A stretch of 64,000 nucleotides of DNA from Gammaproteobacteria bacterium (lineage in GTDB: Bacteria; Pseudomonadota; Gammaproteobacteria; CAJXQU01). The notes beneath the pieces are model-generated. The model did no database searches and was not told the origin of the DNA. It was given only the letters and a program-made list of their open reading frames with translations. The stretch's first letter is position 1, and the number at the start of each line of letters is the position of its first letter. Positions 10,882 through 20,572 of this stretch are shown in pieces. The stretch covers positions 1,664,001-1,728,000 of the forward strand of contig CBDEGZ010000003.1 of the NCBI GenBank assembly GCA_965238175.1, written 5' to 3'. The position numbers and the translations under genes are program-made.

Positions 10882-11405
10882 GTATCCAAGAAGAAAAAAA
10901 TCAATTATCGAATCTGTTTCATAGCAATGTTGCTAAAACATTAAATCACGCTGATGTTCAAAGTGAATTAAATGATAAATTCCCGCTTAATAAAAACAAA
11001 AATAAGCTTAGGCAAGGTGAAGTAAAAAAATCAAAGAAAAGTAAAACGTCGCAGCCGCGTATTACATTGCGTCTGACGGAAGAAGAACATACTCAGCTAA
11101 AACACTTGTCCGAAGGCATGGCAGTCAGTGCCTATATTCGCAAATGTATCTTTGGGAATAAGGCGGTGCGGCGCAAGCGGCGTAGTCATGCTCCTGTCCA
11201 AGACCAGCAATCCATGGCAAAAGCACTGGCACTCCTGGGGCAATCACGCATTGCGAATAACTTAAACCAGCTTGCTCATCGTGCCAATATGGAATCGCTC
11301 ATCATGGATGAGACAACACTGGTGCAAATCAATGAAGCTTATGACTATGTGATCGTCATGCGGGATGCTTTAATTCGAGCAATGGGTCTTATTGAACACA
11401 CATGA
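10878..11405 (+). CDS. mobC: MobC relaxosome accessory protein
   Basis: RHH-like RITLRLTEEE...VSAYIR; NNLNQLAHRAN motif; ATGA overlap with the relaxase. Confidence 0.85.
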   Translation: MSIQEEKNQLSNLFHSNVAKTLNHADVQSELNDKFPLNKNKNKLRQGEVKKSKKSKTSQPRITLRLTEEEHTQLKHLSEGMAVSAYIRKCIFGNKAVRRKRRSHAPVQDQQSMAKALALLGQSRIANNLNQLAHRANMESLIMDETTLVQINEAYDYVIVMRDALIRAMGLIEHT

Positions 11406-13874
11406 TCTTAAAAGGCTCCCAACGTGGTGGCGAGATGAAACTAGCCCGCCACCTGATGAACATGCACGACAACGATCATGTAGAGCTGCATGAGCTAAGA
11501 GGCTTTGTCGCTGATGATTTAATCGGTGCGTTTAAAGAAACACACGCTATCTCGCTTGGCACAAAATGTTCTCAATTTTTATTTTCCTTGAGCCTCAGTC
11601 CACCAGAACTCGAGAATGTCCCTGTCTCCGAATTTGAAAAAGCCATTGACGCGATAGAAAAGAAAATCGGTCTTGTCGGTCAACCCCGTGCCATTATCTT
11701 TCATGAGAAAGCGGGGCGTAGGCATGCCCATTGTGTCTGGTCTCGCATTGATCCAGAAAGAATGCGGGCGATTAATCTGCCACATTTCAAAATGAAACTT
11801 CAGGATATTTCACGCCAACTTTATATTGAACATCAATGGCAAATGCCACTCGGCCTGCAAAATAAGGCGGACACAGATCCATTGAACTTCACATTGGTAG
11901 AAGCCGGACAAGCCAAGCGAGTGAAGGTCGATCCACAAGTGCTCAAGGCTATGTTTCAAAAATATTGGGCGGCATCCGATTCAAAGGTTGCATTTTCTAA
12001 TGCGCTCAAAGAACAGAGCTTTATGCTTGCCAAAGGAGACCGACGAGGATTTGTAGCGGTCGATCAACAAGGCGAAGTTTATTCCATCTCGCGCTGGGTC
12101 GGTGTGAAAGCAAAAGAGGTTCGAGCGCGTTTAGGAAAGCCCGATGATTTGCCGAGTGTTGAAGAGGCGCAAGCTCTCATTCAAGCCAATATTTGTGATG
12201 AGGTTTTAATTTCTGCTGAAAAAATAACTAAAAATCATGAGTCACAACTTCAAGAACTGGAACAAAGACGCGACATGCTTGTTAGCAAGCAACGGCAAGC
12301 ACGAGATGATTTAAAACAAAATCAACAGGCGTGTTTTATTGAAGAAACAAAAACGCGAGCAGAAAAATTACCAACGGGTTTGAAAGCTGCATGGTCAAAA
12401 CTGTCCGGCAAGTATCAAAAAATTAGTGATGAGAATGAAACGGAAATTAGACTCACAAAACAACGAAATCGAGCGGAGCACCAACAGCTTGTGCAATACC
12501 AGTTAAAAGAACGCCAAGCCTTGCAACAAGAAATACGACAAATACATTTTGAGCATGAGATAGCCATTAAGACTGTTTGGCAGGAAATGGGTAGAAGTTT
12601 CCGCCACCTTAATATTGATCCTGCTCAACCGCTGATTATACCGGTTGATGAAGAAGCGTTAACTATTGCAGCGAAAGTCAGACGCAACCCCAGAACCATA
12701 CTGGATGTCATTTCTGACAAGAAAGAAGTCTTTACCCGTAATGATATTTTGCGGGGCTTAGCCAAGTATATTGATGAGCCGACACGATTAGCACTGGTAA
12801 TTGATAAGGTCTTTCAATCCAAAGAGCTGGTTGAATTAGAAACTGCCCCCTCACCGCGTTACACCACACGCGACATGCAATCGGTGAAGGTAACACTTGC
12901 CGAACAAGTACAAACTATGGCTAAAAACAATAAGCACACTGTGCGTTCAAATCATATAAGCGCCGCTATCGCAATACAAAATAATGCACTACAACGAACG
13001 ATAGGTGCGACTTTAAGCGAAGAGCAGGAAAATGCCATTAACCATGTGCTGGGCTCAGAACAAATAGCAAACGTTGTAGGTTTTGCTGGTGCCGGTAAAA
13101 GCACGATGTTATCAGCAGCACGTTCCGCGTGGGAACAACAAGGCTATCGTGTTATTGGTGCGGCATTGTCAGGTAAAGCGGCTGATGGACTGGAAAGTTC
13201 ATCAGGGATTGAAAGCCGCACTTTGGCATCACTGGAACATAGTTGGAAAAATGGCTATAGCGAATTACAAGCTAATGATGTGTTGGTGATTGATGAGGCT
13301 GGGATGATTGGTACACGACAATTAGCACGCTTTGTCGAGAAAGCACAAAAGACGGGAGCCAAATTGGTACTGGTTGGCGACCCAGAACAATTACAACCCA
13401 TACAAGCAGGCACGCCATTCAAAGATATTTGCGATCAAATCGATACCGCACAATTAACAGAAATCCGACGACAAAAAGAAAACTGGCAACGACAAGCTTC
13501 CATCGGTTTTGCAGAGCAACGGACTGGGTTGGGGTTACAAGCTTATGAAGAAAACGGTTTTGTGAAAATCAAAGATGACAATGCCTCTGCTATTACGGCA
13601 TTGGTTGAAGATTATATGAGTGACGTTGAATTGTATGGTTTGGATGCATTAAGGCTAGCACTTGCCCATCGCAGAAAGGATGTTCACAAAATCAATCAAA
13701 CTATCCGTGCTGCACGACAATCGGCAGGTGAGTTGAGTGACGAAACCTTGTTTCAAACAATTCATGGTCCCCGTGCCTTTGCGAAAGATGATCGCATTTT
13801 ATTGACACGTAATGATCGGGAATTGGGTTTGCGCAACGGTATGCTGGGTACAGTTGAAAGCGTCGATGATAATC

Positions 13875-15100
13875 TGTAGAAATTCAGATTTGATCTGACA
13901 GTTACCCAATTATCAGTAACCGACTGTCAGGTTAAGTTTAATTCACAAACTTTTCCTTCCAGATAGCTTGTCCGTCGATGAGTGTTTCCATCGGCGTCCT
14001 CCCGCAGCACATTTTGCCTTGGTGAGTTCGTTGAGTATTGTATTTGAGCAACCATTCGTCAAGGTCGAGTTGCAGTTCATCAATCGATTGGTAAATTTTC
14101 TTACGCAAAGCGACTTGATAAAACTCATTGAGGATCGTCTTATGGAATCGCTCACAAATACCATTCGTCTGAGGTGATTTGACCTTGGTTTTGGTGTGTT
14201 CGATATTGTTCAACGCCATATAAAGCTGATAATCATGCTGGTCAGCTCGCCCACAATACTCCGTCCCTCTATCTGTCAAAATGCGCAACATAGGCAAACG
14301 TTGTTCTTCGTAGAATGGGAGGACGCGGTCATTGAGCATGTCAGCTGCCGTAATCGGTGTTTTAGTCGGGTACAGTTTCGCGTGAGCGACCTTGCTGTAA
14401 GTATCAACAAACGTTTGTTGATAAACCCGACCAATGCCTTTGAAAGTACCGACATAGTAAGTATCTTGCGAGCCAAGATAACCAGGGTGTGCCGTCTCTA
14501 TCTCGCCACAAGCCTCATCGTCGTCTTTCTTGCGTTCCATCGCCGCGACTTGAGACTCAGTGAGGATCAAGCCTTCACCAGCTACCTTATCAGACAATGC
14601 CTTCAGGCGATCTTTAAAGCAAGCAAGACCATGACGAAGCCAGATACAACGAACGCCACTGGGTGAGACAAATGTTCCCCGTTTGCGCAGCTCGTTACTG
14701 GTGCGCGTTTGACCATGTGCGGGCTCTTCCAGTGCATACTCGAGCACAACGGTTTCAATAGCCGGGTCGATTCTGTTTTTAAGATTTGGGGTACGCCGAT
14801 TACGATCAAACAAGGCTTCTACACCGCCTTCATCAGCCGCTTCTTTGTAGCGATAAAATGTATCTCTGGACAAACCCATCATCTTGCAGGCTTTTGAGAC
14901 ATTGCCGAGTTCTTCAGCGAGATTGAGTAGACCAACTTTATGTTTTATAACTTTGTCATTAGTATGAATCATGAGAGTTACCTCTTTGTGTTTTGATGTT
15001 TACGTTGCAGTTACATCAAAGCGGGTAACTCTCACTAAATCAAGCGTCGCTACGCTCCGCTTGATTTAGTGATGTGTCAGATTGGGTCTAAACTTCTACA
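13875..15100 (-). mobile_element. IS481-family insertion sequence (1226 bp)
   Basis: TGT...ACA ends; 26-bp imperfect IR (TGTAGAAATTCAGATTTGATCTGACA vs TGTAGAAGTTTAGACCCAATCTGACA, 20/26); 7-bp target duplication GATAATC at 13868-13874 and 15101-15107. Confidence 0.93.
13938..14972 (-). CDS. IS481-family DDE transposase
   Basis: N-terminal HTH (LGNVSKACKMMGLSRDTFYRY); SQDT...LTDRGTEY...PQTNGICERFHKT. Confidence 0.95.
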   Translation of the reverse strand: MIHTNDKVIKHKVGLLNLAEELGNVSKACKMMGLSRDTFYRYKEAADEGGVEALFDRNRRTPNLKNRIDPAIETVVLEYALEEPAHGQTRTSNELRKRGTFVSPSGVRCIWLRHGLACFKDRLKALSDKVAGEGLILTESQVAAMERKKDDDEACGEIETAHPGYLGSQDTYYVGTFKGIGRVYQQTFVDTYSKVAHAKLYPTKTPITAADMLNDRVLPFYEEQRLPMLRILTDRGTEYCGRADQHDYQLYMALNNIEHTKTKVKSPQTNGICERFHKTILNEFYQVALRKKIYQSIDELQLDLDEWLLKYNTQRTHQGKMCCGRTPMETLIDGQAIWKEKFVN

Positions 15101-15419
15101 GATAATCAAATAAACGTTCTTCTTGATGGTGAGACAAATAACCAATCGCGTCGTGTAACTATTTCGCCAAAGCAATATGATGCTTTTGATCATGGCTATG
15201 CTACGACGATTCATAAATCGCAAGGTGCGACAGTGGATCGAAGTTTTGTACTCGCATCGACTACAATGGATCGCCATCTCACTTATGTCGCCATGACGCG
15301 ACATAGAGAAGAGGTGCATCTTTATACCGATGAACATGCTTTACAAAAAATATTGCGTCTTGAAAGACAAGACGGGGAGAAAGTATCTCTCTCAACCCTA
15401 AAAACACGAAATTTAAGAA

Positions 15420-15625
15420 GGTAAAAGGCATATGTTGTCAGCGGTGTGCTCGGCGTAAAACAGCAAGGCTTCCGTATCATTGGTGCCACACTGACAGCTA
15501 AAGCTGCCGAGCAATTGGAAACTTCATAAGGAATTTAAAGTCGCGCCTGACTTCCAAAGAACAAAGCTGGAAAAATGGTTGCGGCGAATTACAACCCGAT
15601 GGTGTATTGGAGATTGATGAAGTAA
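15420..15625 (+). pseudogene. Degenerate second copy of the helicase motif I-II region of a TraA-like gene
   Basis: Reads ...QQGFRIIGATLTAKAAEQLETS*GI*SR/EQSWKNGCGELQPDGVLEIDE, paralleling 13094-13300; contains stops and frameshifts. Confidence 0.8.
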
Positions 15626-15631
15626 GGCTAT

Positions 15632-16141
15632 TTATATCACGATTGTTATTTTGCTTGATAAATCTAATATGAAGAACCATGCTATTAAAAATACATACGG
15701 TAACCATTGTGTATTTGCTAGCCCGAGAAATGAAGGAAGGCCATCGGTATAGATCCAAATGTCTTTAAATTCAGGATTATTGTGAACAAAGTCAAATATC
15801 TTTTTAACATGTTGATTAGCTCTTCTTACAGCGACACTAATAGCAATGATCGTTAGGAGAGAAATAACCATGGCGACAATGGGAATTACTGGGTAATAAA
15901 TGCTGTTTTCGATAGTAAACGCGCCAGATTTGCTTTTATCAATGCCAAGAGCTGTAGATGCTAAAAGGAATGCCTGTGAAGAGACGAACCAACTGGTTCG
16001 TTGAACAATCATGTTCGCTTCGTGATCTATTTCAGCTCTTAATCGATTGAAATGGAAATGTAGTTTAGTGACAACAGCCATGTCCGACTCGGAATTAGGA
16101 ACGTTTGTTACATTGTCATCAGCCATAAAATTTACCCTCAA
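15632..16141 (-). CDS. Small 3-TM membrane protein, RipA-like oligomeric membrane family
   Basis: EIDHEANMIVQRTSWFVSSQAFLL helix followed by hydrophobic segments. Confidence 0.55.
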   Translation of the reverse strand: MRVNFMADDNVTNVPNSESDMAVVTKLHFHFNRLRAEIDHEANMIVQRTSWFVSSQAFLLASTALGIDKSKSGAFTIENSIYYPVIPIVAMVISLLTIIAISVAVRRANQHVKKIFDFVHNNPEFKDIWIYTDGLPSFLGLANTQWLPYVFLIAWFFILDLSSKITIVI

Positions 16142-16175
16142 TGATAAGATTTAGCTTAACTCATAGCATATAATA

Positions 16176-17036
16176 TCAAACGGTAGGAGTTAACCGAAAT
16201 CTTATATAAGCGCGGTCATCGTAACTAATCTGGCCAGGATACTTTCCTTTTGGCGATAAAATTTCATGAATACAAAGTGGATCTTTTTCTGTTAGGTGTA
16301 ATAGATGATTCTCAGACTCTTCTAAAGAAAGAAAAATTTCCGGATAACCATCAGAGGCTAGAACAATTTCTTTTTCAGTCAAGCTAAGCTTGTGAATCTT
16401 GAAGTGACTCAAGGAAACAGGATCCCCATTTACTACACTGTATCCATATCTGTTAGAAGAGTTTGCGAAATTTTGTTGAGCTGTCAAGAATTTATTAATC
16501 ATCGGAATTGATGGATCAGATTTCAGAAGTTCTTTAACCGTACTACCTTGTACGAGTTTTGCCTCAAGAAAAGCAGATCTGAATGAACTTAATATTTTTT
16601 CGATTTTAAATGGTTGTAAAAAATCTCTATTTTTTGTTAGCGCTTGGCAGTCACCCAGTTGCCAAATTTCATGTTTGTTTTTTGAGTACACGCAGAATAC
16701 TAGTCCACCCGTATGCCTCATTTCAAAGATCCCCAGCTCTAGCTTAATTTTGTTGATATGGTCAGATAACTGAGACAGAAACTGCCCTGAAGTAATATCC
16801 GGTTTGACAGTTAAAAGAAAATCTCGAGCAGACCCAACAATTAATTGTCCAATCGTTTTAGCTTCATATGTAGTATGGTGGAGAGCTGAAGTACCGTCGA
16901 ATACGGCTACAAAATGCTCGTTAAATACAATTAAATCCTCAGTTCTTTTGGGATCTGAATATTTAGATTGCAGTAGTTGTTCTATACTAATTATTTTATT
17001 TTTCAAAAAATACCTGTCCTTCAACCAGCACCCCAT
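16176..17036 (-). CDS. PP2C-fold phosphatase-like protein (true start probably TTG near 17006)
   Basis: ED, VAVFDG, WQLGDC, VLASDG and YDDR acidic motifs in PP2C order. Confidence 0.7.
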   Translation of the reverse strand: MGCWLKDRYFLKNKIISIEQLLQSKYSDPKRTEDLIVFNEHFVAVFDGTSALHHTTYEAKTIGQLIVGSARDFLLTVKPDITSGQFLSQLSDHINKIKLELGIFEMRHTGGLVFCVYSKNKHEIWQLGDCQALTKNRDFLQPFKIEKILSSFRSAFLEAKLVQGSTVKELLKSDPSIPMINKFLTAQQNFANSSNRYGYSVVNGDPVSLSHFKIHKLSLTEKEIVLASDGYPEIFLSLEESENHLLHLTEKDPLCIHEILSPKGKYPGQISYDDRAYIRFRLTPTV

Positions 17037-17811
17037 CTCTCAGCTGCTCTATTACATCTGTTACCTTTCTTCTTATAAAAGTACCGTCCTCAATAGTCCA
17101 GCAAAAACAATAGAACATCAGTGATTGGAATAAACGAACTTCTCTAAACCGGATAAAATTGTTGTTGTTTTGTGATGGTGAAATATTTTCGGGATGAGTT
17201 GATAGTAGCAAATTAGCGTTCAAGTCTCTTAATTTGTCTGCTACATATGGAATCAGGTCATATTCTCCACCTTCTATATCACATTTTACGAATACCCGAT
17301 CGTGGTCTAAAGTATCTAAAAATTTCCAGAAATCGAAGGAAGGAGTAATGATTGTATTTGCAATATCGAAGTTTCTATCGGCTCGTTTTCTACCTGAGAT
17401 AGTACTTGTCTCACTATTACCAAGCTTGTCGTAGAACAAAGCTACTCCTTGGTTTGATGTTGAAGCTGCACTTCTTTGTGCAGTAATTTTGTCACCAAAG
17501 GAATTGAGGGCAATCGACTTTTTGAGCAGATCATACGCTACTGGGTCAGGCTCAAATGCAAGTACTTGGGCACCTTTTGTGGCAGCCAACAAGCTATAGG
17601 GACCAATCCACGCACCAAGATCTATAAATAGTAGCCCATTCATGTCACATTTTGAGACGAGGTTTATTGATGGATATTCCCAACTACCCGAAGAAAATTC
17701 GTTCCAAAAACTTTTATGTTCAATTCCTTCCTTATCGAAATAATTAGTATCTGAGTCCTCATCGACATTTATGTATAAATCAGTATCAGGTATGTTTACT
17801 TTTCGAGACAA
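16996..17811 (-). CDS. FkbM-family SAM methyltransferase
   Basis: FIDLGAWIGPYSL, AFEPDP, FVKCDIEGGE. Confidence 0.88.
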   Translation of the reverse strand: MSRKVNIPDTDLYINVDEDSDTNYFDKEGIEHKSFWNEFSSGSWEYPSINLVSKCDMNGLLFIDLGAWIGPYSLLAATKGAQVLAFEPDPVAYDLLKKSIALNSFGDKITAQRSAASTSNQGVALFYDKLGNSETSTISGRKRADRNFDIANTIITPSFDFWKFLDTLDHDRVFVKCDIEGGEYDLIPYVADKLRDLNANLLLSTHPENISPSQNNNNFIRFREVRLFQSLMFYCFCWTIEDGTFIRRKVTDVIEQLRDGVLVEGQVFFEK

Positions 17812-17820
17812 GTTAAATAC

Positions 17821-18006
17821 TCACTTTTTTAAACTATTCGAGGTTCGAGTATACATAGCTGATATAAGAAGCTCAAAATGCTTCTTCTTTGGTGATTGTG
17901 CATCCTGTAGCTTATTTAACAATGAATACAGTTCAGTAGAAAGTCTTGAGGGATGCAACGGGAGAGCGTAAGCGTCTCCCTTGCCAAGTATGGTTTTGTC
18001 TGACAA
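17821..18006 (-). CDS. Small hypothetical protein or gene remnant
   Basis: Co-oriented, ends 9 bp before the FkbM gene. Confidence 0.3.
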   Translation of the reverse strand: MSDKTILGKGDAYALPLHPSRLSTELYSLLNKLQDAQSPKKKHFELLISAMYTRTSNSLKK

Positions 18007-18317
18007 AACACATCTTGCAGCCTTCGCTGTATATTTTCTAACCTAGCTCATTTTCTGATTATAGTTCTTTCCTACTATCGCTTTTCTGGTTCATCGGGTG
18101 TCACTGCACTCTTTATCTCCCTGAGATGAGCAGGCATAAAAAGAATGCCAAGCGTCTATATTGACACATCCATCAATAGAGTTGCTGACCGTGATACAGA
18201 CCCTGTTATGCACTACCGGGAAGTTGCAAAAATACCGCCAGCGAGGCCCGGATAAGTCGCGCTGACGGTTAGTGTTAGTGGTTCCAGAAGCTATACATTC
18301 CCCACGATGATGGGCAT

Positions 18318-19052
18318 TCAATCCTTTATTGACACCAGTTTGCCGCCCAGCTCATGTGCGATATAGGCATCAATTAATCGCCGTGCATGTTCATCTGGCG
18401 TGATGCCCGGCACAATCTCCGCCTGCACATCATCCACAAACTCCCGGCGCCCCGTTTCACTGATAAAGGGTTTATCTTCTTGTAAGGCATCGGCATAAAC
18501 ACCCAGCCAGAAAGAATAAGACGCACTGGCACCAAATAGTCCATCAAGCTGAATACGAACCGACATATCTCCGACTGTGATAACAAACTCACCGACTTCA
18601 CCCCATTGTGGCACGGTACCCATCGCAGCCATGGTCGCTGCTTCAAGGACACAGCCCGGCGATTCGGGACAAGCGGTGATATCCGGGTTGCCGTTATTCA
18701 GGCGGCGTGCAAGATTCCTTGCCTCTTGACGCAGACGCATGGTTTCTTTTTCATCAGCCATCATCATGGCGTTGTGATGTTGACTAATAAGGTCACGAAA
18801 ATACGGTAAGGCTTCTTCCATCGTATCGGGAAGATGCGCCGTGTCATATTGGAATTGAAGCGTCTCTTTTCGTTCAACGCAGGTTGTTCTATTGCTATAA
18901 ATCTCGGCTTCTTCATAAAGCTTGATGTCGCCGACTAGTGCGGCGGCTTCGCCTAAATTGTCGATGCCTAGTTGAATGCAATTTTTAATTAATGTCGTGT
19001 CGAGCTCTGCATCTGCGTCTAGCGTTAAAAATACGTCTACTTGTTGTCTCAT
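18318..19052 (-). CDS. Hypothetical protein, probable leading-region gene
   Basis: 244-aa ORF with backbone-like GC, co-oriented with ardA. Confidence 0.7.
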   Translation of the reverse strand: MRQQVDVFLTLDADAELDTTLIKNCIQLGIDNLGEAAALVGDIKLYEEAEIYSNRTTCVERKETLQFQYDTAHLPDTMEEALPYFRDLISQHHNAMMMADEKETMRLRQEARNLARRLNNGNPDITACPESPGCVLEAATMAAMGTVPQWGEVGEFVITVGDMSVRIQLDGLFGASASYSFWLGVYADALQEDKPFISETGRREFVDDVQAEIVPGITPDEHARRLIDAYIAHELGGKLVSIKD

Positions 19053-19092
19053 GGTTAGTTCTTTCTGTTGTGTGGTACGTCATTGCACCATC

Positions 19093-19116
19093 GAGACCAG
19101 CCGTAAGACTGGTCTC
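19093..19116. terminator. Intergenic hairpin GAGACCAG-CCGTAAGA-CTGGTCTC
   Basis: 8-bp perfect stem between ORFs 19124..19603 and 18318..19052. Confidence 0.45.
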
Positions 19117-19123
19117 TGTGTTG

Positions 19124-19603
19124 CTATGATGTTTTAGATAAAAGTGAAAGCTCTAATTGTGCTTTGAGTGCCATCAATGTATTCACATGGTCGTGCCATG
19201 CTGCGTTACTGGTGGGGCAGTTGGCACTGGCAAGTTTTGTAAGCTGTTCAGTCACGACTTCTGTTACTGATTTTTCATTCCCCTGTGTGGCGATGGAAAG
19301 CGCTTTGTCTAACAGAGTAATGATATCAGCAGGGAAGTATTGACGAGGGTCATCATAACCAAAGGCATAATCAGAATTGTCGTAAGGTATTTTCTCTACC
19401 CCGTCTTTTTTGATGGAGGTAATGACGGTGTTATGAAGCCCCCAGCCCTCAACCTCGACCTCATAGCCTGCTTGTACCAGCACATTTTCAACCTGCCAAG
19501 TCTCTATCTGACCATCACCATCGTTAAAGCCAAATTTGTCAAAAGCTTCTTCCCATAACCAATCATAGTGACCACCGCAATTTTCGCATTCTGTAATAGG
19601 CAT
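19124..19603 (-). CDS. Hypothetical acidic protein with N-terminal CxxC
   Basis: RBS GAAGGAGA upstream; CENCGGH; directly downstream of ardA. Confidence 0.75.
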   Translation of the reverse strand: MPITECENCGGHYDWLWEEAFDKFGFNDGDGQIETWQVENVLVQAGYEVEVEGWGLHNTVITSIKKDGVEKIPYDNSDYAFGYDDPRQYFPADIITLLDKALSIATQGNEKSVTEVVTEQLTKLASANCPTSNAAWHDHVNTLMALKAQLELSLLSKTS

Positions 19604-19656
19604 TGTTTATCTCCTTCTATTTTTATATTTGTGTGTTTTTTGAATTACTCTTAGGC

Positions 19657-20175
19657 TCAATGACTCCAGAACACATGAATGTGTTGATAGCCAGTTTCGA
19701 TGGTGTAAATATCACCACTCAATTCCATATCGCATCCCATGCGCTCATAGTCGATATAGAACGCTAAATGTTCAGGAATATTGGAGGTGGTGTCTTCGGT
19801 TAGCTGCTGGGCGTAATCAGCAAGACTTTCATGTTCACCCTGATAACCCTCATTTAATGCTCTTTGGGCATCCTCAATATCACCGCACCAATGGTTTAAT
19901 ACAAAAGCACCCAACTCGCCGTGCTCTTCAAGAAACAGGGCGATATTATTGGCACTTTCCAGTCCTTCATATTCTGATAATTCGACACCGTAGAACCCTT
20001 CGTAATCATGGAGCGCATACTCTTCCGCCCCTTGTTCTGGGCTTTCGGATAGCATCTTATTCACTTGGTCTTGAATATCATTTAAGTCTTGGGTGGCATC
20101 AATCCAGACACCATGCAAAATACCGTTGTTGTATGCGGCTAAATCTGCCACGTAAATTTTAGGTTCCATGCTCAT
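19657..20175 (-). CDS. ardA: ArdA anti-restriction (DNA-mimic) protein
   Basis: IYVADLAAYNNGILHGVWIDA, EEYALHDYEGF, FYIDYERMGCD; very acidic; start MSMEPK after GAGG. Confidence 0.93.
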   Translation of the reverse strand: MSMEPKIYVADLAAYNNGILHGVWIDATQDLNDIQDQVNKMLSESPEQGAEEYALHDYEGFYGVELSEYEGLESANNIALFLEEHGELGAFVLNHWCGDIEDAQRALNEGYQGEHESLADYAQQLTEDTTSNIPEHLAFYIDYERMGCDMELSGDIYTIETGYQHIHVFWSH

Positions 20176-20213
20176 TACTTTTTCCTCTTTTCTTTTAGGG
20201 TTAAAAAAAACAC

Positions 20214-20392
20214 CCCGCTGGGGTTGAAAAACCCCAGAAAAAAAAGCGAGCTTGCGAGCGAAACACAGGTTCTGGTGGAGCCAAGCCAGGGGGAACCACC
20301 CGGTCTGCACAAACGACCAACGGGAGAGCGGAAGATGGGGGGATGGCTTGGTGGAGACAGGCTCTGTGTTAAATTATTTAGCCCCCAGCGGG
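20214..20392. promoter_or_regulatory. Long imperfect stem-loop upstream of ardA (candidate Frpo/ssi-type ssDNA promoter)
   Basis: Nested pairs CCCGCTGGGG/CCCCAGCGGG, AACACAG/CTGTGTT, CCAAGCCA/TGGCTTGG. Confidence 0.6.
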
Positions 20393-20572
20393 AGGAGAAT
20401 AAAAACAAGCGAACTGAGTTATCAGTTCACCTTATCTAAACGGGGCGTTGCGGGGTGTCCCCGCTAGAATGGGGTGATGGAAAACGGCAGCTATGGCGGT
20501 TGCAGCAGGGGAAAGGCTTTTCCCCTTTAAGAGTAATTTAAAAAACGATCTCTTAATCAGTGAGCAATCAGC

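Larger units (their letters stand above)
11402..15424 (+). pseudogene. HUH relaxase fused to a TraA/RecD-like SF1 helicase, interrupted by IS481 (fragments 11402-13874 and 15108-15424; 929 aa if rejoined)
   Basis: HEKAGRRHAHCVWSR HUH motif; GFAGAGKST, IDEAGM, LVGDPEQL; after the IS the frame continues DHGYATTIHKSQGATVDR...YVAMTRHR. Confidence 0.9.

Noticed and set aside
18010-18321. oriT, or a real 76-aa gene
   Set aside because: No convincing nic consensus or inverted repeat seen; the ORF has no recognisable features. Left unassigned.
20176-20467. ArdA N-terminal extension and short ORFs in this interval
   Set aside because: ArdA homology starts at MSMEPK (20175); the interval is better explained as structured non-coding DNA.
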